From: Dimargaris cristalligena
Taxonomy: Eukaryota
DNA: 35,497 nt
Reading direction: 5' to 3'
Assembly: GCA_003614675.1 (NCBI GenBank)
Contig: ML002379.1
Location: forward strand, 1-35,497
Position numbers and translations under genes: made by a program. Shown one piece after another: positions 32,165 to 35,497 of the stretch. Position 1 is the first letter of the stretch. The number at the start of each line of letters is the position of its first letter. The notes beneath the pieces were generated by a model. That model did no database searches, was not told the origin of the DNA, and saw only the letters and a program-made list of their open reading frames with translations.

Positions 32165-34249
32165 CTACTGGCGGGTGAGGTAGCTAAGGAGATCAATCTT
32201 CGTCACCACATGCTGTACTTTACCGGAAGTGGCTTCAGCGGGCCGGGCCGTCACAACGGCTGAGCTGTGGTGATCAAAGAAGGACGACAGCTGGCTCAGC
32301 GGAGTGGCGGATGTAATCTCCAAAAACCGACCCTTACCCGGCTGGAAGTGGAACATGGCCCGATCGACCGAGGAGTCCAGGCTGGCCTTGCCATGAGAAA
32401 CGCGCGATAGGATGTTGCCCAGCGTAACTAGACCAACCAGTCGGTCTGTGTGCGGATCAAGCACAGGGAGCTGGTCAAAGTTGTTGGTCTGCATCACCCC
32501 CATGGCCTCCCGGCAGCTCGAGGTCGAAGTAACCGTGACGGCTTGCGGTAGGTGGAGGTCCGCAATGGTGGCCCCTCCCCACTGCTCCACCTGGCGGTGC
32601 TCTTCCTCCTGGGCGCGTTGGTCCAGGAACTGGTGGCGCCGCATCCAGTCATCATTGAGAAACTTGGTCATGTAGTTGCGGACGGAGTCGGGTAGAATGA
32701 CCACACAACGCTGGCCCTTCTTAAGCTGACGAGCGGCCTGCAGGGCTCCGGCGAGGGCACTCCCCGAGGAGCCCCCCGACAAAATACCCTCCTCTTTGAT
32801 AAGGCGGCGGGCTAGGGTGAAGGAGTCCTGGTCATTGCTCTTGTACCACGTGTCAATGACGGACCGGTCCAGGGCCTCGGGTATGAAGTCGTAGCCAATG
32901 CCCTCCACCTGGTAGGACTCCACATTGCCGTTTAGATTCTCGGGCTGGGCTAGAATCGAGCCATGGGGGTCCACGCCCACGACGATACACTGGGGGCACT
33001 TTTCCTTGATCTTCTTAGCCACGCCCGTGATGGTACCACCCGTACCAGCTCCGGCGACTAGCATGTCGATATGCCCGTCACAGGCCTCCAGGATTTCTTC
33101 GGCGGTCGTATCGTAATGGGCAATTGGGTTATACGGGTTGGCGTACTGGTCTAGAATCACGGAGTTGGGGATTTGTTCATTGAGTCGCTTGGCCACGCTA
33201 ATATGGGATTCGGGGGCATCGTAGGCCGCCTCCGTGGGAGTACGGATAATTTCCGCGCCCAGGGCCTTGAGTACATCTACCTACACAAGAGAGACACGGT
33301 ATGGTGGAAAGGGTATATAAAAGGTGGAAAGGGGTTAAGGTTATCATGTAAGGCAAACCAATGGTAATGCCAAATTAGGCAAGGGGATATATATATATAT
33401 GTGAACGGATTAGTTAATAGTATTGATTAGTTGCGGGTTTTACCTTTTCTTGACTCATTTTCTCGGGCATTGTGATAATGGCGCGGTAGCCCTTAACGGC
33501 TGCACACAGAGCCAGGCCGATACCTAGTGGGCACCAATCAATAGGCAGACAAAGCAGTCAATAAAACAGAGGGGTGAGATGACGCCATTTCAATAGGCGG
33601 TATGTAGGGGTGTGGTAACACAGTAATAAACTGATAAGTGGTACCATTTCCGCCTTCAAGTTGGACAGTAGCAAGGCATCGGAAATGCAGAGAAGGGGGT
33701 TTACAAGGTTTGATTGCAGTCCACGGGCGACTTACCCGTATTGCCGGAGGTGGGTTCGATAACCGTATAGCCGGGTTTAATAATACCCTTGCGCTCGGCC
33801 TCTTCGAACATGCGCTTGGCAATGCGATCCTTGACTGAGCCACCGGGGTTAAAGAATTCCACCTTGGCCAGGACCTCACACTCCAGGCCCTCAGACGCAG
33901 GGATGCGGTTAAGCCGGACCAGGGGGGTGTCGCCGATCTGGTCCAAGATGGAGTCGAGGATTTTGGGCTTTGGCGTGCTGTTAGGGTTAGAGGGGGTCAG
34001 TAATAGGTAGGTGCCAGCGCATAAGTTCAGATTAGTACAGCAATAGAGGAGGGCATATACAGGCAGTTTAAGTATTTCTTAGGCGGTCCTCGCCCAGGGA
34101 TTCACATTGAGCTACCAGTAACCCCAGACCAGGGGTGGTAAGAGCGGGGTGGATCATACTTACCGAGTTTGGTGGACATGGGGGATGGTCACATTGGTGG
34201 CGGCATTGCCAACTGGACCGTGGCAGTGACATTCAGTGGGGGAACCCAT
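32165..34249 (-). CDS. CYS4: Cystathionine beta-synthase with C-terminal CBS (Bateman) domains, 4 exons, 507 aa
   Basis: Exons 34249-34164, 33977-33736, 33523-33444, 33280-32165 are in frame. PLP-lysine motif [47 protein letters not shown], then a CBS pair ([23 protein letters not shown]). Confidence 0.96.
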
Positions 34250-35268
34250 GTTGGCGGATAGAAGGGTAATTGAAATAGTTTAGGGGTTTTTTAAACAGAA
34301 ATACGAAGTCTCAAAGTAATAGTAGAAAGAGAGGAAGAAAGACCGAAGCACAGTGTGACTTTGCTTTGGACCTGAAGGGTGTATAGTATAGTCAGGGAAT
34401 AGGAATAGGAATAGTAGGAAAATGCTGGATTTTTATCCCTGATTACTATAACATATCTCTCTCCATGTTTATACGCACTGTACTGCTTACAAACAGAGTA
34501 GTAGGGCTTCTTAGCAGCCCCTTTCCTCCCGTTGGTCCGCTAAACTGAGTATCCAATCTAACATCTACCATACACCAACACCGGGGTTGGGGGGCTGGGC
34601 AAAGTAGTGATATGTGGTTCCATGTGCAACAGCTGCTCTTTCACTGGCCGCCACTCCTCTCGACTATTTCGCGGCCATTGGTTACTTACCGAGTCCTCTT
34701 CATGCCGGTTCGTCCGAACCCCAAGGTCGCCCAGGCCATACATACATATAGGTCAAGTCTAACTCCACTGGATAACACGCTTTTTAATGCTATAGGTACA
34801 TGTAAAAAAAAAGCATTCCGCCTGTTTTACTCAGTAGTACCCGTCTTATTAAATGGATTAGTCGCTATACCGCCAGTCTGCCCGCATATTCAGTCAAAAT
34901 AGCTGGACGAAACAGGTATTTTACACCATCACTAACCGCCGTGTTACACCGAGCAACTATAATAGAGTCATTGAATCGGGAAATGGCACCATTCCATCAG
35001 CTCCCCTCCCCACACACCTTTCCCTTGGATAGCCCCACTACAACCCTTGCAGGGGCTGTATATTGATAACCCATGATGTTAAAAATGTTATTGGAGATGC
35101 AATGAGATGTCATCTAAGTAGCAGGGATAACGCGTCGGTTGAAGTACACAACTATGGACAGACCCCCGACCTAGGGGCCGTCGAATTGTTTAAAGAGTGA
35201 CCGGAGTGGCCGAGGGGATGCTTGGTATATAGAATTGGCCAATAAACGAACCAACGAGAGTTGAGGAC

Positions 35269-35496
35269 CTATTTCAAGACGGGGGACGTGGTAGGACTTC
35301 CTTGGGTGAGATCAGCCAGTGAGATAACCACGTCCTGATCGTCTGAGTAGTCCGAGTCATCATCCCCATCGCTGGAATAGTCTATGGTATTATCTGAGGT
35401 TGGGGTATTGGTATCGGTTGGGTAATCGGACTTAAGCGGTGGTTGACTCCCGCCGATAACGAGTAAATCCCGCAGGGATATTTCGACTTCAACCTG
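35269..35496 (-). CDS. Probable 3' end of a gene starting beyond the window (acidic, Ser/Thr-rich C-terminus)
   Basis: Open frame from the window edge: QVEVEISLRDLLVIGG..YSSDGDDDSDYSDDQDVVISLADLTQGSPTTSPVLK*. No start codon or diagnostic motif is visible. Confidence 0.5.
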   Translation of the reverse strand, partial: QVEVEISLRDLLVIGGSQPPLKSDYPTDTNTPTSDNTIDYSSDGDDDSDYSDDQDVVISLADLTQGSPTTSPVLK

Positions 35497-35497
35497 T

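Noticed and set aside
1-35497. CRISPR arrays, prokaryotic defence systems, intact transposase/RT genes, rRNA
   Set aside because: No regularly spaced repeats or diagnostic motifs were seen; the window is ordinary spliced eukaryotic gene space.

Overview
Gene-dense, intron-containing eukaryotic DNA. The short GT-AG introns and the gene set (Cla4-type PAK, Nhx1, extracellular Cu-only SOD) indicate a fungus; an early-diverging lineage such as Zoopagomycota is my inference, not verified. I spliced 13 complete protein-coding genes by hand, plus a probable 3' fragment at the right edge. In order: small secreted protein, alpha/beta hydrolase, NHX1, P-loop (AAA_33/PNK-like) kinase with a His-rich C-terminal domain, DHHC palmitoyltransferase, PA-like ectodomain + 7TM protein, Cu-only SOD, phosducin-like protein, Musashi/Hrp1-like 2xRRM protein, CLA4, a conserved unknown protein, a 7-exon At4g15545/NAIP-like gene mostly missed by the ORF track, and cystathionine beta-synthase. 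Best leads: (1) the kinase fused to an unrecognised His-rich domain; (2) an intergenic long hairpin at ~11.9-12.1 kb whose substitutions are all G:U-compatible (candidate structured ncRNA); (3) the PA-7TM receptor-like gene; (4) a UAG-motif cluster in the intron of the Musashi-like gene, suggesting autoregulation; (5) a possible heme-binding N-terminus on the CBS; (6) a GC-AG intron and possible 8-nt microexon. No tRNA, rRNA, CRISPR array or intact transposon was recognised. All calls come from reading the sequence; no database searches were run.
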